A stretch of 64,000 bases of DNA. It comes from an uncultured Actinomycetota bacterium (GTDB taxonomy: Bacteria > Actinomycetota > Actinomycetes > JACCUZ01). A model generated the notes under the pieces. That model ran no database searches, was not told where the DNA came from, and was given only the letters and a program-made list of their open reading frames with translations. Position numbers and translations under genes: made by a program. The stretch is from the NCBI GenBank assembly GCA_963807005.1, contig CAWDZK010000001.1, positions 1,072,337 through 1,136,336 of the forward strand, read 5' to 3'. The stretch's first letter is position 1; each line of letters opens with the position of its first letter. Below, one piece after another: positions 49,706 to 59,276 of this stretch.

Positions 49706-51973
49706 TCAGGCGAACAACGTCGCCCGGTCCGTCCAGCGGTCCGCGCGGCACCAGACCGGGACGTCGACGGCCTCGGGCACCTCCACGCTGACGGCCCGAC
49801 CGCCCCCGACCTCGACGCCGGAGCGGATGTCGACCCAGCCGCCCGCGGGTAGGTAGACGTCCCAGCTCGACCGACCGGGTTGGGTGACCGGGGCGACGAG
49901 GAGGTCGTCGCCCAGCATCCACTGCAGCGGGTGGTCCCAGACCCGCATGTCGTCCGGATGGTCGAAGAACAACGGTCGCATGAGCGGCCGGTCGGTCCGG
50001 ACGGCGACCCGGGCCTGCTCGGCCAGGTACGGCACCAGCCGCTCGCGGCGGTGCGCCAGCACCCGGAAAGCGGGCACGACCGAGTCGTCGCCATGCATGG
50101 CTGCGACGTGCCACGGGGTCCGGTCGCGAGCCGGGGCCCGGTGGTGGTTGAACTCCGAGTGGTACTGCATCACCGGCACGAACACCGAGGCCGCAGCGGC
50201 GCGGAGGTAGAGCTCCGGCTCAGGCACCGGGCCGGAGAACCCGGCCAGGTCCCACCCCCAGTAGACGAGCCCGCAGGACGCCGCGGTGAGCCCTGCCGTC
50301 AGGGAGGCGCGGAACGCCTCCCAGGTCGAGTCCTCGTCGCCGGCCCAGACGATGCCGTGCGCCTGGCTGCCGGTGAAGCCGGCGCGCGAGAACGTCACCG
50401 GCGCCTTGCCCTCGCTGCGCAGGAGGTCGCCGAAGGCGCGGGCGTAGTGCACGGGGTAGAGGTTGTTGCCCTCGTCCCCACGTCGGCCGTCGCCGTAGCG
50501 CAGGTCCCGTCCCCAGGCGTGCTCCCCGCCATCGGTCTTGAAGCCGTCGACGTCGAGGTCACGCACCAGGTAGCGCCGCTTCTCGGTCCACCAGTCGCGG
50601 CTGCGCTGGACGGTGAGGTCGGCCATCAGCGCCTGCGGGAACCACCAGCCGCGGTTGCGGTACGCGGATCCGTCCGACTCGAGGACGGCGTGCCCCTCGC
50701 GGACCATCGCCTCGCCGTCGGCCGTGGCCTGAGCTCCGAGCCCGTGGTCGGTCTTGTGCAGGGGGATCTGCCAGAGCACCACCTTGACGCCCCGGGAGTG
50801 CAGCTCGGCGACCATGCCGGCCGGGTCCGGCCACGCCCCGCCGGCTGGATACTGGTAGTCAGCCCCGGTGTGGGCGCTCCCGTCCTCGGTCACGTCGTAC
50901 TGCGCGTCGCGGAAGACCGTGATGCCTTCCTCGTCGCTCCATGCCTCGATCACGACGACACCGACGGGCACGTCCTCGTCGCGATGCCGATCCAGCTCGC
51001 GCATGACGAGCTCCTGGGTGTTCCACTCGTTGCCCGAGGCCCAGAGTCGCAGCACCCACTCCGGCAGCTCGGTCGCGCGCCCCGCCTCGTCGAGGAAGGC
51101 GGACAGCACCTCGGTCGGGGACCCGTCGTACATCGAGACGGCCACGGCCGGCGGGCCGTCGACACCGAGGTCGACCTCGACGACCAGCCGGTCCGCAGCG
51201 GTCGCCCCGACGTCGTACCAGGTACGGCGGGTGGTGCGGACATGAAAGCCCCACCCGGCGCCGTCGGGGGCGATGACGTGCGCGAACGGCATCGGCAGGT
51301 AGGTGCGGCCGTAGGCGGCCTGGGACTTGTACTGCTCGAACACCACCGCGTCGAGGCGGCGGCCGGCCTGGTCCAGCGCGTCGAACCGCTCGCCGAACCC
51401 GGCCACGTGCGCACCGTCCGGCAGGGTCAGGGCGAACCTCGCCCGCACGGCTCGGTTGCCGGCGACCAACCACTCGACACTGCCCGGGACCAGGCGCGCG
51501 CCGGCGCCGTCGACGGCCCCCAGGGGCTGGCCCGTCCAGAACGCGGGTTCGAGGTCGAACCACGGCCCGTCCTGGGTGCGCCCCCGGTCGGTGGTCGCCC
51601 GGAAGCGGTAGCGGTAGGAGCAGTTGGCCTCAAGCGTCGGGGGCTGCACGACCCAGCCGCCCGAGTCGCCGAGCGCGGCTGCCTGCGCGTCGGCCAGATG
51701 ACCCTCGCCCCCAGCCAGCGCCGCCGTGTCCGCCGCTGCAACGTTGCCGACTGCCATGGTCAGCTCGTCGACGGAGGCACCGTCGGGGCCGGTCCGTTCC
51801 CAGAGGCAGGTGACCGAGACGACCTCTCCGGCCGCCGTCACCCCGAGGCGGACGTCCTGGCCGACGAGCGGCACGGCCGGTACGCGCTGGTCCGGTGAGG
51901 CGGCGTACGGGTGCTCGAGCCCGAAGGGACGGTGTGTGACGAGCCCTGGCGCTTCCGCGGCGTCGGTGGTCAC
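49706..51973 (-). CDS. GH31 glycosidase, likely 1,3-alpha-isomaltosidase (cycloalternan-degrading)
   Basis: HRPFGLEHPY, GFGERF, VVIEAWSDE, DGFKTDGGEH (nucleophile), WAGDEDSTW (acid/base), WGWDLAGFSG, MQYHSE. Confidence 0.85.
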   Translation of the reverse strand: MTTDAAEAPGLVTHRPFGLEHPYAASPDQRVPAVPLVGQDVRLGVTAAGEVVSVTCLWERTGPDGASVDELTMAVGNVAAADTAALAGGEGHLADAQAAALGDSGGWVVQPPTLEANCSYRYRFRATTDRGRTQDGPWFDLEPAFWTGQPLGAVDGAGARLVPGSVEWLVAGNRAVRARFALTLPDGAHVAGFGERFDALDQAGRRLDAVVFEQYKSQAAYGRTYLPMPFAHVIAPDGAGWGFHVRTTRRTWYDVGATAADRLVVEVDLGVDGPPAVAVSMYDGSPTEVLSAFLDEAGRATELPEWVLRLWASGNEWNTQELVMRELDRHRDEDVPVGVVVIEAWSDEEGITVFRDAQYDVTEDGSAHTGADYQYPAGGAWPDPAGMVAELHSRGVKVVLWQIPLHKTDHGLGAQATADGEAMVREGHAVLESDGSAYRNRGWWFPQALMADLTVQRSRDWWTEKRRYLVRDLDVDGFKTDGGEHAWGRDLRYGDGRRGDEGNNLYPVHYARAFGDLLRSEGKAPVTFSRAGFTGSQAHGIVWAGDEDSTWEAFRASLTAGLTAASCGLVYWGWDLAGFSGPVPEPELYLRAAAASVFVPVMQYHSEFNHHRAPARDRTPWHVAAMHGDDSVVPAFRVLAHRRERLVPYLAEQARVAVRTDRPLMRPLFFDHPDDMRVWDHPLQWMLGDDLLVAPVTQPGRSSWDVYLPAGGWVDIRSGVEVGGGRAVSVEVPEAVDVPVWCRADRWTDRATLFA

Positions 51974-53127
51974 GGCGACACCGGCCCGTCGGCCAGGCCC
52001 AGGGCGTCCGCGAGGACCAGGTACATCCCGTGCGACCAGAGCAGCGGGGTCGCGACGGTGCCCCACCTGTCCACCCACTCGGCATGCGTGTCCGGGTGCA
52101 GCAGCCGGTCACTGACCTGCTCCGGCAGCTCTCCCTCGGGCCCCGCGGTACCGGCCACCCAGCGCAGGTGGCTCAGAGCCGCGTCGATGTCGCCGCGCGA
52201 GGCGAGGTTCCAGCCGAGCAGGGCCGACAGCAGGGGCCATCGGCCTCCGCCGTAGAAGACGTCGGCCCGAAACCGGTGCACGCCGCCGCCGTCGTCCAGG
52301 TCTCGGCGTACCGCGTCGAGCGTCGCCGCGGCGCGCTCGTCGTCGGGATCGACCAGGTGGAACGGGACGAGGCAGGACAGCAGGGAGGCGTCGACGGTGG
52401 TCCCACCGAGCCACTTGGTGAGATGGCCGTCCGACACGCCGTCGGTGGCCACCAGATCGCACACCGCGCGGTCCGTCTCCTCGATCCGCTCGTTGCGCCC
52501 CGGGTCTGCCAGACCGGCCCTCGCGACCGCCACGAGGCCACCGCGCACCGCGGCCAGGGTGGACGTGTGGCGATGCTCGTCGTGCTCCTCCCACCAGTCG
52601 AAGCAGGGTCGGTCCCAGAACTCGAGGAGGTAGTCGACGGCGACCTCGATCCCGGCTCGCCACCGGTCGAGGTCGCTGTCGTGACGGTCCGCGTGGGTGA
52701 CGACCGACCAGAGCCAGGTGCCGTACCCGTCGGTCTGGAAGTCCCACCACGGGTCGGAGCCGTCCTGCCCGTCGAAGGTGAAGCGGGTCGGGAGCATGCG
52801 CTGGTTGGGCGGCGGGTTGCCGGCCCTCGCCTCGCCCACCAACCGGTCGACCTGCCCGCGTCTTTCCGCGAGGGTCCGGGCGGCCCAGTCGTGGAATGCG
52901 TCGGCGCTGGACTCTGCGCCATAGCGGGACATCCCGTCGGCGGTGAAGCCGCCGTCCCGCAGCCAGGCGTACCCCTGGTAGGCGGAGAACGAGGGCGCCG
53001 CCGGGTACGCGCCGCCGGGCTGCTGCAGCCCCGCGACGATGTCGTGGCTGCGGCGGGCCAGCCGGGCCAGCCGCTCCCGCTCGTCCGGCGCCAGAGCGCG
53101 GCTGTCGGCGTCGGGCACTGCTGTCAT
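51970..53127 (-). CDS. GH15 glycosidase, likely isomaltose glucohydrolase
   Basis: YAWLRDG, FQTDGYGTW, DWWEEH, VDASLL, YGGGRWPLL, LPEQV, PLLWSHGM. Confidence 0.85.
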   Translation of the reverse strand: MTAVPDADSRALAPDERERLARLARRSHDIVAGLQQPGGAYPAAPSFSAYQGYAWLRDGGFTADGMSRYGAESSADAFHDWAARTLAERRGQVDRLVGEARAGNPPPNQRMLPTRFTFDGQDGSDPWWDFQTDGYGTWLWSVVTHADRHDSDLDRWRAGIEVAVDYLLEFWDRPCFDWWEEHDEHRHTSTLAAVRGGLVAVARAGLADPGRNERIEETDRAVCDLVATDGVSDGHLTKWLGGTTVDASLLSCLVPFHLVDPDDERAAATLDAVRRDLDDGGGVHRFRADVFYGGGRWPLLSALLGWNLASRGDIDAALSHLRWVAGTAGPEGELPEQVSDRLLHPDTHAEWVDRWGTVATPLLWSHGMYLVLADALGLADGPVSP

Positions 53128-53167
53128 CTGGAGCTGTCCTTCTGGCGGAGGAGGGTCAAGGCAGACA

Positions 53168-53207
53168 CGGCAGGGCGACCCGGGGAAGGTACCGGACCGC
53201 CCTGCCG
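53168..53207 (-). terminator. Intercistronic hairpin after the binding-protein gene
   Basis: CGGCAGGGCG / CGCCCTGCCG stem. Confidence 0.55.
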
Positions 53208-53214
53208 AGGGAGA

Positions 53215-54480
53215 TCACTCGAGCAACGAGTCGATCTCCTTCTGCGCGGCGCTCAGCGACGAGGCCACCGACGTGCGGCCGGCGGCGGCGGACGTCAGCT
53301 CCGCGGTCATGGCGTCCTGCATCTCCTGCTGGCGCTCCACGACGGGCGGCAGGACCGTCGCCTCGAGGGAGTCGAAGACCGCCTGGCGGTTCGCCGGTGC
53401 CCCCTGGTCCAGGTAGGAACTGAGCTGGGACTCGTCGGCCACAGGAGGAAGCTCCCAGGACGTCGCCAGCCGGATCTTGGTCATCTCGGGGGAGGAGGTG
53501 AGGAAGGTGATCCACTTCTGGGCCGCGTCGGCCTTCTTGCTGGCAGCGTTCACGACGGCGCCGTTGGTGAACATCGCCGACGCGCGCTGGGAGTTGCCCG
53601 GCTCGACGGCGACGTCCCATGCGAACGGTGCATCCGCCATGGCGCCGAACATCCAGATGCCGGTGTGCCACATCGCCAGCTTGCCGGACTTGAACAAGTT
53701 CGAGTCGTAGTCGGGGGTCCCGGCTCCGTCGGCCTCGGTCGGCATCACCGAGCCCACCTTGTCCACGAGCCAGCTGGCCGCGGCCTTGCCCTCCGCCGAG
53801 TCGAACGCTGCCCGGTCACCAGCCGCGTCCAGGAAGCTGCCGCCGGACTGGGCGAGTGCCTTGTAGAACTCGTGGAAGGTGATCGGCTGGTAGTCGCCCC
53901 AGACGCCCTTCTTCTTGTTGGTGAGCTTCACCGCCGCAGCCTTCTCGTCGGCCCAGGTCCAGTCGGAGGTCGGCGTGGCGACGCCCGCCGAGTCGAAGAG
54001 GTCCTTGTTGTAGAAGAGCACGACGTTGGAGAACGACTCGGGCAGTCCGAGCTGCTTGCCGTCCTGCGTGAACGCGTCCAGCAGCGAGGTCTTGTAGGAC
54101 GCCCCGTCCACGTCCGACAGCTCGGCGAGCGACCCGTTGCGCGCGTAGGTGACGAAGTTCTCGTAGTTCAGCTCGAAGGCGTCCGCCGCCGTGCCCCCCG
54201 CAACGGCCGTCTGCAGCTTGGTGAAGTAGTCCGCGTAGGGAATCGTCTCCACCTGGACGGTGATGCCCGGGTTGGACTTCTCGAAGGCGCTGACGATCGC
54301 GGCGAGGTCCTGCTCGTGCCCGTCGTTGGCCGAGAAGTTCATGTACCGCACGGTGGTGCTGCCCGAGGAGCCGCTGTCGTCGTCGGCCCGCGACGCTGTT
54401 CCCTGCGAGCAGGCGGCAAGGGACATCGCGAGCATGCCCGCGAGCACGGGCGCAACGCTGCGTCGACTGATGGATCTCAT
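53215..54480 (-). CDS. Carbohydrate ABC transporter substrate-binding lipoprotein
   Basis: Lipobox LAAC, YFTKLQT, LFYNKDLFD, WTW, FKSGKLAM. Confidence 0.92.
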   Translation of the reverse strand: MRSISRRSVAPVLAGMLAMSLAACSQGTASRADDDSGSSGSTTVRYMNFSANDGHEQDLAAIVSAFEKSNPGITVQVETIPYADYFTKLQTAVAGGTAADAFELNYENFVTYARNGSLAELSDVDGASYKTSLLDAFTQDGKQLGLPESFSNVVLFYNKDLFDSAGVATPTSDWTWADEKAAAVKLTNKKKGVWGDYQPITFHEFYKALAQSGGSFLDAAGDRAAFDSAEGKAAASWLVDKVGSVMPTEADGAGTPDYDSNLFKSGKLAMWHTGIWMFGAMADAPFAWDVAVEPGNSQRASAMFTNGAVVNAASKKADAAQKWITFLTSSPEMTKIRLATSWELPPVADESQLSSYLDQGAPANRQAVFDSLEATVLPPVVERQQEMQDAMTAELTSAAAGRTSVASSLSAAQKEIDSLLE

Positions 54481-54541
54481 GGGTTCCCTTTCGTGCGGTG
54501 CCGAGCGCCGGGGTGGCAGTCGGTCGGGGACGAGGCGGTGG

Positions 54542-55384
54542 TCACTTGATGCCGGTGTGCGCCACGCCGGCGATGACGTGGCGTTGGGTCAGGGCGTACA
54601 CGGCGGCGATGGGGAGGATCGACACGACGGAGCCGGCCATCACGACGTCCCACCGGGTCGTGAACTGGCCCTGCAGCGTCGACAGGCCGAGCGGCAGGGT
54701 CATCAGCTCCGGCGAGCGGATGACCACGAGCGGCCACAGGAAGCTGTTCCAGCTGTTCATGAACGCGAAGACGCCGACCGTCGCGAGGGCAGGGCGGACG
54801 AGCGGCAGCACGATCGTGAGGAAGATGCGCAGGTGGCTGGCCCCGTCGATGGTGGCGGCTTCGTCCAGCTCCCGCGGCACTCCCTCGATGGCCTGCTTGA
54901 GCAGGAACACTCCGAACGCGGACGCGAGCGAGGGTGCGAGGAGCGCGAAGTAGGTGTCCTGCAGCTGGAAGGTCTTCATCTCGATGAACAGCGGCACCAC
55001 GAGGACCTGCAGGGGCACCATCAGCGTCGCGAGGTAGAAACCGAAGACGACGGTCTTGCCGGGGAAGCTGAGCCGGGCGAAGCAGTACGCGGCCATAGAC
55101 CCGGTCACCAGCTGCGCGAGGGTGGCCACCAGGGCGACTCCGAAGGAGTTCGCCACGATCCGCCAGACCGGAAGAGTGTCGAGCAGGGCGCGGTAGGCCG
55201 CGAGCGTCGGGTCCTTGACGAGAAGTGTTGGTCCGCCGGCGAGGGTGCCCTCGGGGGTGACCGAGGTGACGACCGTCCAGAGGAACGGGAACAGCATGAC
55301 GGCGGCGCCCAGGACTGTGAGGACCGTCAACGCCGCCGACCGGCCGGAACGGTGAGCCTTCGAGCCCAGCGCGAGGTCAGTCAC
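54542..55384 (-). CDS. Carbohydrate ABC transporter permease (MalG-like)
   Basis: ELDEAATIDGA (EAA loop), WNSFLWPL. Confidence 0.92.
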   Translation of the reverse strand: MTDLALGSKAHRSGRSAALTVLTVLGAAVMLFPFLWTVVTSVTPEGTLAGGPTLLVKDPTLAAYRALLDTLPVWRIVANSFGVALVATLAQLVTGSMAAYCFARLSFPGKTVVFGFYLATLMVPLQVLVVPLFIEMKTFQLQDTYFALLAPSLASAFGVFLLKQAIEGVPRELDEAATIDGASHLRIFLTIVLPLVRPALATVGVFAFMNSWNSFLWPLVVIRSPELMTLPLGLSTLQGQFTTRWDVVMAGSVVSILPIAAVYALTQRHVIAGVAHTGIK

Positions 55385-56369
55385 TGTGCACCCAACGACG
55401 CTGGCCCCGGACCTGCACGGCGGTCACCACGAGGATCGCCACGAACAGGAGCCAGCTGAGCGCGGAGGCCTCGCCTCCCCGCCCGTACCGGAAGGTGAGG
55501 TCGTAGATGCTGCCGACCACGACCTGGCTGGCGTCGCCAGGGCCGCCCCCGGTCATCACGTAGACCTGGTCGAAGACCTGGAAGCCGTTGATCAGCGACA
55601 CGACGACGACGAAGAACGTGCTGGGGGTCAGGAGAGGGAACGTGATCCGCCAGAAGCGCTGCCAGGCGTTCGCACCGTCGACGGTCGCCGCCTCGAGCAG
55701 GTCACCCGGGACCGCTTGAAGACCCGCGAGCATGATGACCATCACGAACCCGAGGTCCTTCCACGCCGAGGCGAGGATGACCGAGGGGAGGGCCCAGCCC
55801 GGGTCGGTCCACCAGCCGGGCTGCCCGAGGTGCAGCGTCCCGAGAACGCTGTTGACCAGGCCGCCGCGCGGGTTGAGCAGCCACTTCCACACGAGCGCGA
55901 CCACGACCCAGCTGGTGACGACCGGCAGGAAGTAGGCCGCCCGCAGGACGGTCCGGCCGCGCATCGCCCTGTTGAGCACCACCGCGAGACCGAGGCCACC
56001 GGCGTAGACCAGGGGGAGGTAGCCCGCCACGAAGGCCAAGGTGTGCAGGAAGACCCGGGCCGTGCCCGGATCGGCGAGCAGGCGCCGGTAGTTGTCCGCC
56101 CCGACCCAGGTCATCGGGGAGATGAGGTTCCACTGATGCAGGCTCACCCACAGCGACGCCAGCATCGGCACCAGCGTGAAGACGAGCAGCGGAACGGCGC
56201 TGGGGAGCAGGAAGAACAGCACCCAGCCGGCGTTGCGCCAGCGGTCTCGGCGGCCACTACCGCGACGACCGCCCCTGGGGGGCCAGGTGCCGCGCGCCGC
56301 GCGCACGGGGCTCGGGACCCGACCAGGGCCGGACCGCGCGGGCGGTGCGGCAACCTCGGTGCCGCTCAC
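55377..56369 (-). CDS. Carbohydrate ABC transporter permease (MalF-like)
   Basis: [39 protein letters not shown]. Confidence 0.92.
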   Translation of the reverse strand: MSGTEVAAPPARSGPGRVPSPVRAARGTWPPRGGRRGSGRRDRWRNAGWVLFFLLPSAVPLLVFTLVPMLASLWVSLHQWNLISPMTWVGADNYRRLLADPGTARVFLHTLAFVAGYLPLVYAGGLGLAVVLNRAMRGRTVLRAAYFLPVVTSWVVVALVWKWLLNPRGGLVNSVLGTLHLGQPGWWTDPGWALPSVILASAWKDLGFVMVIMLAGLQAVPGDLLEAATVDGANAWQRFWRITFPLLTPSTFFVVVVSLINGFQVFDQVYVMTGGGPGDASQVVVGSIYDLTFRYGRGGEASALSWLLFVAILVVTAVQVRGQRRWVHSD

Positions 56370-57559
56370 GTGACGGCGACCAGCGGGGTCTTCTGCAGCC
56401 GGGCCCGGACCAGCCGGGCCTGCTCGCCACCGGCCGCAGCGTCGAACGGCGCTGCAAGCACGAGGGAGGCGGCACCCAGTGCCCAGCTGTCCTCTGTCCA
56501 GGTCTCGACGACGACCGGGAGGTCGCGGCGGGCAGGCATCAGATAGCGGCGCAGCGCGGCGTCGAACCCCGGCTGCCAGAACTGCCAGGCGTCGATGCCC
56601 TCGCCGAGCAGGACGACCGTCTCCGGGTCGAGGACGTGCACGACACCGCACAGCGCCCGGCCGAGCAGGTCACCCGCCTCGCGGTAGATGGCCACCGCCC
56701 GCTCATCTCCGGCGAACGCCGCTCGCAGCAACGTGCGAGACGTGCCACGAGGCCCGATGACGCCCTGCTCAACCGCCTGGCGGAGCAGGGCGGGCTCGCC
56801 GACGTACCCCTCGAGGCACCCCCGCGACCCGCACCCGCACAGTGGACCGTCCGGCAGGACCGGAACGTGGCCGAGCTCGCCGGCGCCCCCTGCCGCGCCC
56901 CGGTAGACGGAGCCGTCGATGACGATGCCACAGCCCACGCCGCGCCCGATGGTCACCACGAAGTAGGAGGACAGCTCGCGTCCTACGCCGTAGAGCCGCT
57001 CGGCCGCCGCGAGAGTGTTGACGTCGTTGTCCACCAGCACCGGGACGTCGAGGGACGCGCGCAGCGCCGGCCCGACCGGGACGCGGCTCCAGCCGATGGT
57101 CGGCGCATCGACCACGCCCGAGGCCAGGGAGTCGACCGAGCCGGGGACGCCGACACCGATGCCGAGGATGGTCGTCTCCTGACCGGCGATCGCGGAGGCG
57201 AGGATCTCGACCAGCGTGTCGAGCGCGGCGTCGGCGCGCGGGCGGAACGGGTGGGTGGTCGAGCGACGCACAGATCCGTCCAAGCCGGCCTCGACGACGA
57301 CGACGTGGTCGGCGGTCACCTTGGCGCCCACGACCGCTCCGGCCGACTCGACCAGCCCGATCAGGCGGGCCGGCCGGCCGCCCTGCGACGGGACGAGATC
57401 GAGCTCCTCCACCAGGCCTCTGGCCAGCAGGTTCTTGGTGATCTGGGTGAGGGTGGCCGCGCTGACCCCCAGCGCGCGGGCCAGATCCGTCCGCGAGCTC
57501 GGACCGCGGGTGCCGAGCAGTCCCAGGACCGCGGACGGCACCAGGTCCCCTCGCCACAC
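56366..57559 (-). CDS. ROK-family transcriptional repressor
   Basis: [47 protein letters not shown]. Confidence 0.93.
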   Translation of the reverse strand: MWRGDLVPSAVLGLLGTRGPSSRTDLARALGVSAATLTQITKNLLARGLVEELDLVPSQGGRPARLIGLVESAGAVVGAKVTADHVVVVEAGLDGSVRRSTTHPFRPRADAALDTLVEILASAIAGQETTILGIGVGVPGSVDSLASGVVDAPTIGWSRVPVGPALRASLDVPVLVDNDVNTLAAAERLYGVGRELSSYFVVTIGRGVGCGIVIDGSVYRGAAGGAGELGHVPVLPDGPLCGCGSRGCLEGYVGEPALLRQAVEQGVIGPRGTSRTLLRAAFAGDERAVAIYREAGDLLGRALCGVVHVLDPETVVLLGEGIDAWQFWQPGFDAALRRYLMPARRDLPVVVETWTEDSWALGAASLVLAAPFDAAAGGEQARLVRARLQKTPLVAVT

Positions 57560-57571
57560 AGCAGGCTCCTT

Positions 57572-57624
57572 ACTTCGACAGTAAATTTAGTGGTGAAGTT
57601 AGTGATCCATGGGCAGGTCGTCAA
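57572..57624 (-). promoter_or_regulatory. Promoter and overlapping palindromic operator of the sugar operon
   Basis: Minus strand TTGACG-N17-TAACTT; imperfect palindrome ACTTCGACAGTAAA|TTTAGTGGTGAAGT at 57572-57599 (11/14). Confidence 0.75.
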
Positions 57625-57695
57625 GGGATCCGGCCGACCTGTCTCGGGCGTAACCGGCGCGACGAAGCGGTGCCAGGCGTGTCACCCTGGTGGGG

Positions 57696-59174
57696 ATGAC
57701 CTCCGCCTTCGACGACCCGGACCCCGCGGTGCCTGAGCAGCTCGACGACGAGCGCCCCGCACCGCTCTACACCTCCGACCCGCGCGACCACGACGGCGAG
57801 CAGCTGGACCGTGCCGACCGGCAGGCGCTGCGCCGGGTCGCCGGCCTGTCCACCGAGCTGCAGGACGTCACCGAGGTCGAGTACCGCCAGCTGCGCCTCG
57901 AGCGGGTCGTGCTCATCGGGGTGTGGACCGAGGGGTCCTCGCAGGAGGCGGAGAACTCGCTGGCCGAGCTTGCCGCGCTGGCCGAGACCGCGGGGTCGCG
58001 GGTACTCGAAGCCCTCATCCAGCGCCGAGACCGGCCCGACCCGGCGACCTTCGTCGGCTCGGGCAAGGCGCGCGAGCTGCGCGACATCGTCGTCTCGACC
58101 GGTGCCGACACCGTCATCTGCGACGGCGAGCTGACGCCGGGCCAGCTCAGCCAGCTCGAGGCCGTCGTGAAGGTGAAGGTCGTCGACCGGACGGCGCTGA
58201 TCCTCGACATCTTCGCCCAGCACGCGAGCAGCCGAGAGGGCAAGGCGCAGGTGTCCCTGGCGCAGATGGAGTACATGCTCCCGAGGCTGCGCGGGTGGGG
58301 GCAGTCGATGTCCCGCCAGGCCGGCGGCGCCGGTGGGTCGGCGTCCGGCGGCGTGGGCACCCGGGGACCCGGCGAGACCAAGATCGAGACCGACCGTCGA
58401 CGGATCCGGACCCGGATGGCCAAGCTCCGGCGTGAGATCACCGCGATGAAGGTCGCACGCGACACCAAGCGCAAGGAGCGCAAGCGGCGCGAGGTGCCGT
58501 CGGTCGCCATCGCCGGCTACACCAACGCCGGCAAGTCCTCGCTGCTCAACCGGCTCACCGATGCCGGCGTGCTCGTCGAGAACGCGCTGTTCGCCACGCT
58601 CGACCCGACGGTGCGCCGCGCACAGACCCCGGACGGCCGCGACTACACCCTGGTCGACACCGTCGGGTTCGTCCGGCACCTGCCCCACCAGCTGGTCGAG
58701 GCGTTCCGCTCGACACTGGAGGAGGTGGCCGAGGCCGACCTGATCCTGCACGTGGTCGACGGCTCGGACGCCGACCCGGAGTCCCAGCTGGCCGCGGTCC
58801 GTGCGGTGCTCGCCGACGTCGACGCCCAGGACGTGCCCGAGCTGGTCGTGATCAACAAGGCCGACGTCGCCGACCCACTGGTCATCGACCGGCTGCGGCG
58901 GCGGGAGAAGCACTGCGTCGTCGTGTCGGCGCGGACCGGTGCCGGCATGGACCAGCTCGCCCTGCTCCTGGCCCGCGAGCTGCCGCGGCCCTCCGTGCCG
59001 GTCGACGTCCTGCTGCCGTATGACCGGGGGGACCTGGTCTCCCGGGTGCACGACGAGGGCGAGCTGCTCGAGCAGGACCACGGGGCCGACGGCACCCGGG
59101 TCCGGGCGCTGGTGCCCGCGGCCCTCGCGGGCGAGCTGGCGGCGTACGACCGCAGCACCGCGCCCACCGGCTGA
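57696..59174 (+). CDS. hflX: GTPase HflX
   Basis: ILDIFAQHA, GPGETKIETDRR, GYTNAGKSSL, LFATLDPT, DTVGF, NKAD. Confidence 0.97.
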   Translation: MTSAFDDPDPAVPEQLDDERPAPLYTSDPRDHDGEQLDRADRQALRRVAGLSTELQDVTEVEYRQLRLERVVLIGVWTEGSSQEAENSLAELAALAETAGSRVLEALIQRRDRPDPATFVGSGKARELRDIVVSTGADTVICDGELTPGQLSQLEAVVKVKVVDRTALILDIFAQHASSREGKAQVSLAQMEYMLPRLRGWGQSMSRQAGGAGGSASGGVGTRGPGETKIETDRRRIRTRMAKLRREITAMKVARDTKRKERKRREVPSVAIAGYTNAGKSSLLNRLTDAGVLVENALFATLDPTVRRAQTPDGRDYTLVDTVGFVRHLPHQLVEAFRSTLEEVAEADLILHVVDGSDADPESQLAAVRAVLADVDAQDVPELVVINKADVADPLVIDRLRRREKHCVVVSARTGAGMDQLALLLARELPRPSVPVDVLLPYDRGDLVSRVHDEGELLEQDHGADGTRVRALVPAALAGELAAYDRSTAPTG

Positions 59175-59276
59175 CCGCGCCGCGCGCGGGGAACCCTCCC
59201 TAACCGGTCCTTTTCGGGCGACGTTGCAGCCGTTCGTGGGATTCACCCCGGCCCCGTCCGTACCGATGTCCAGGAC

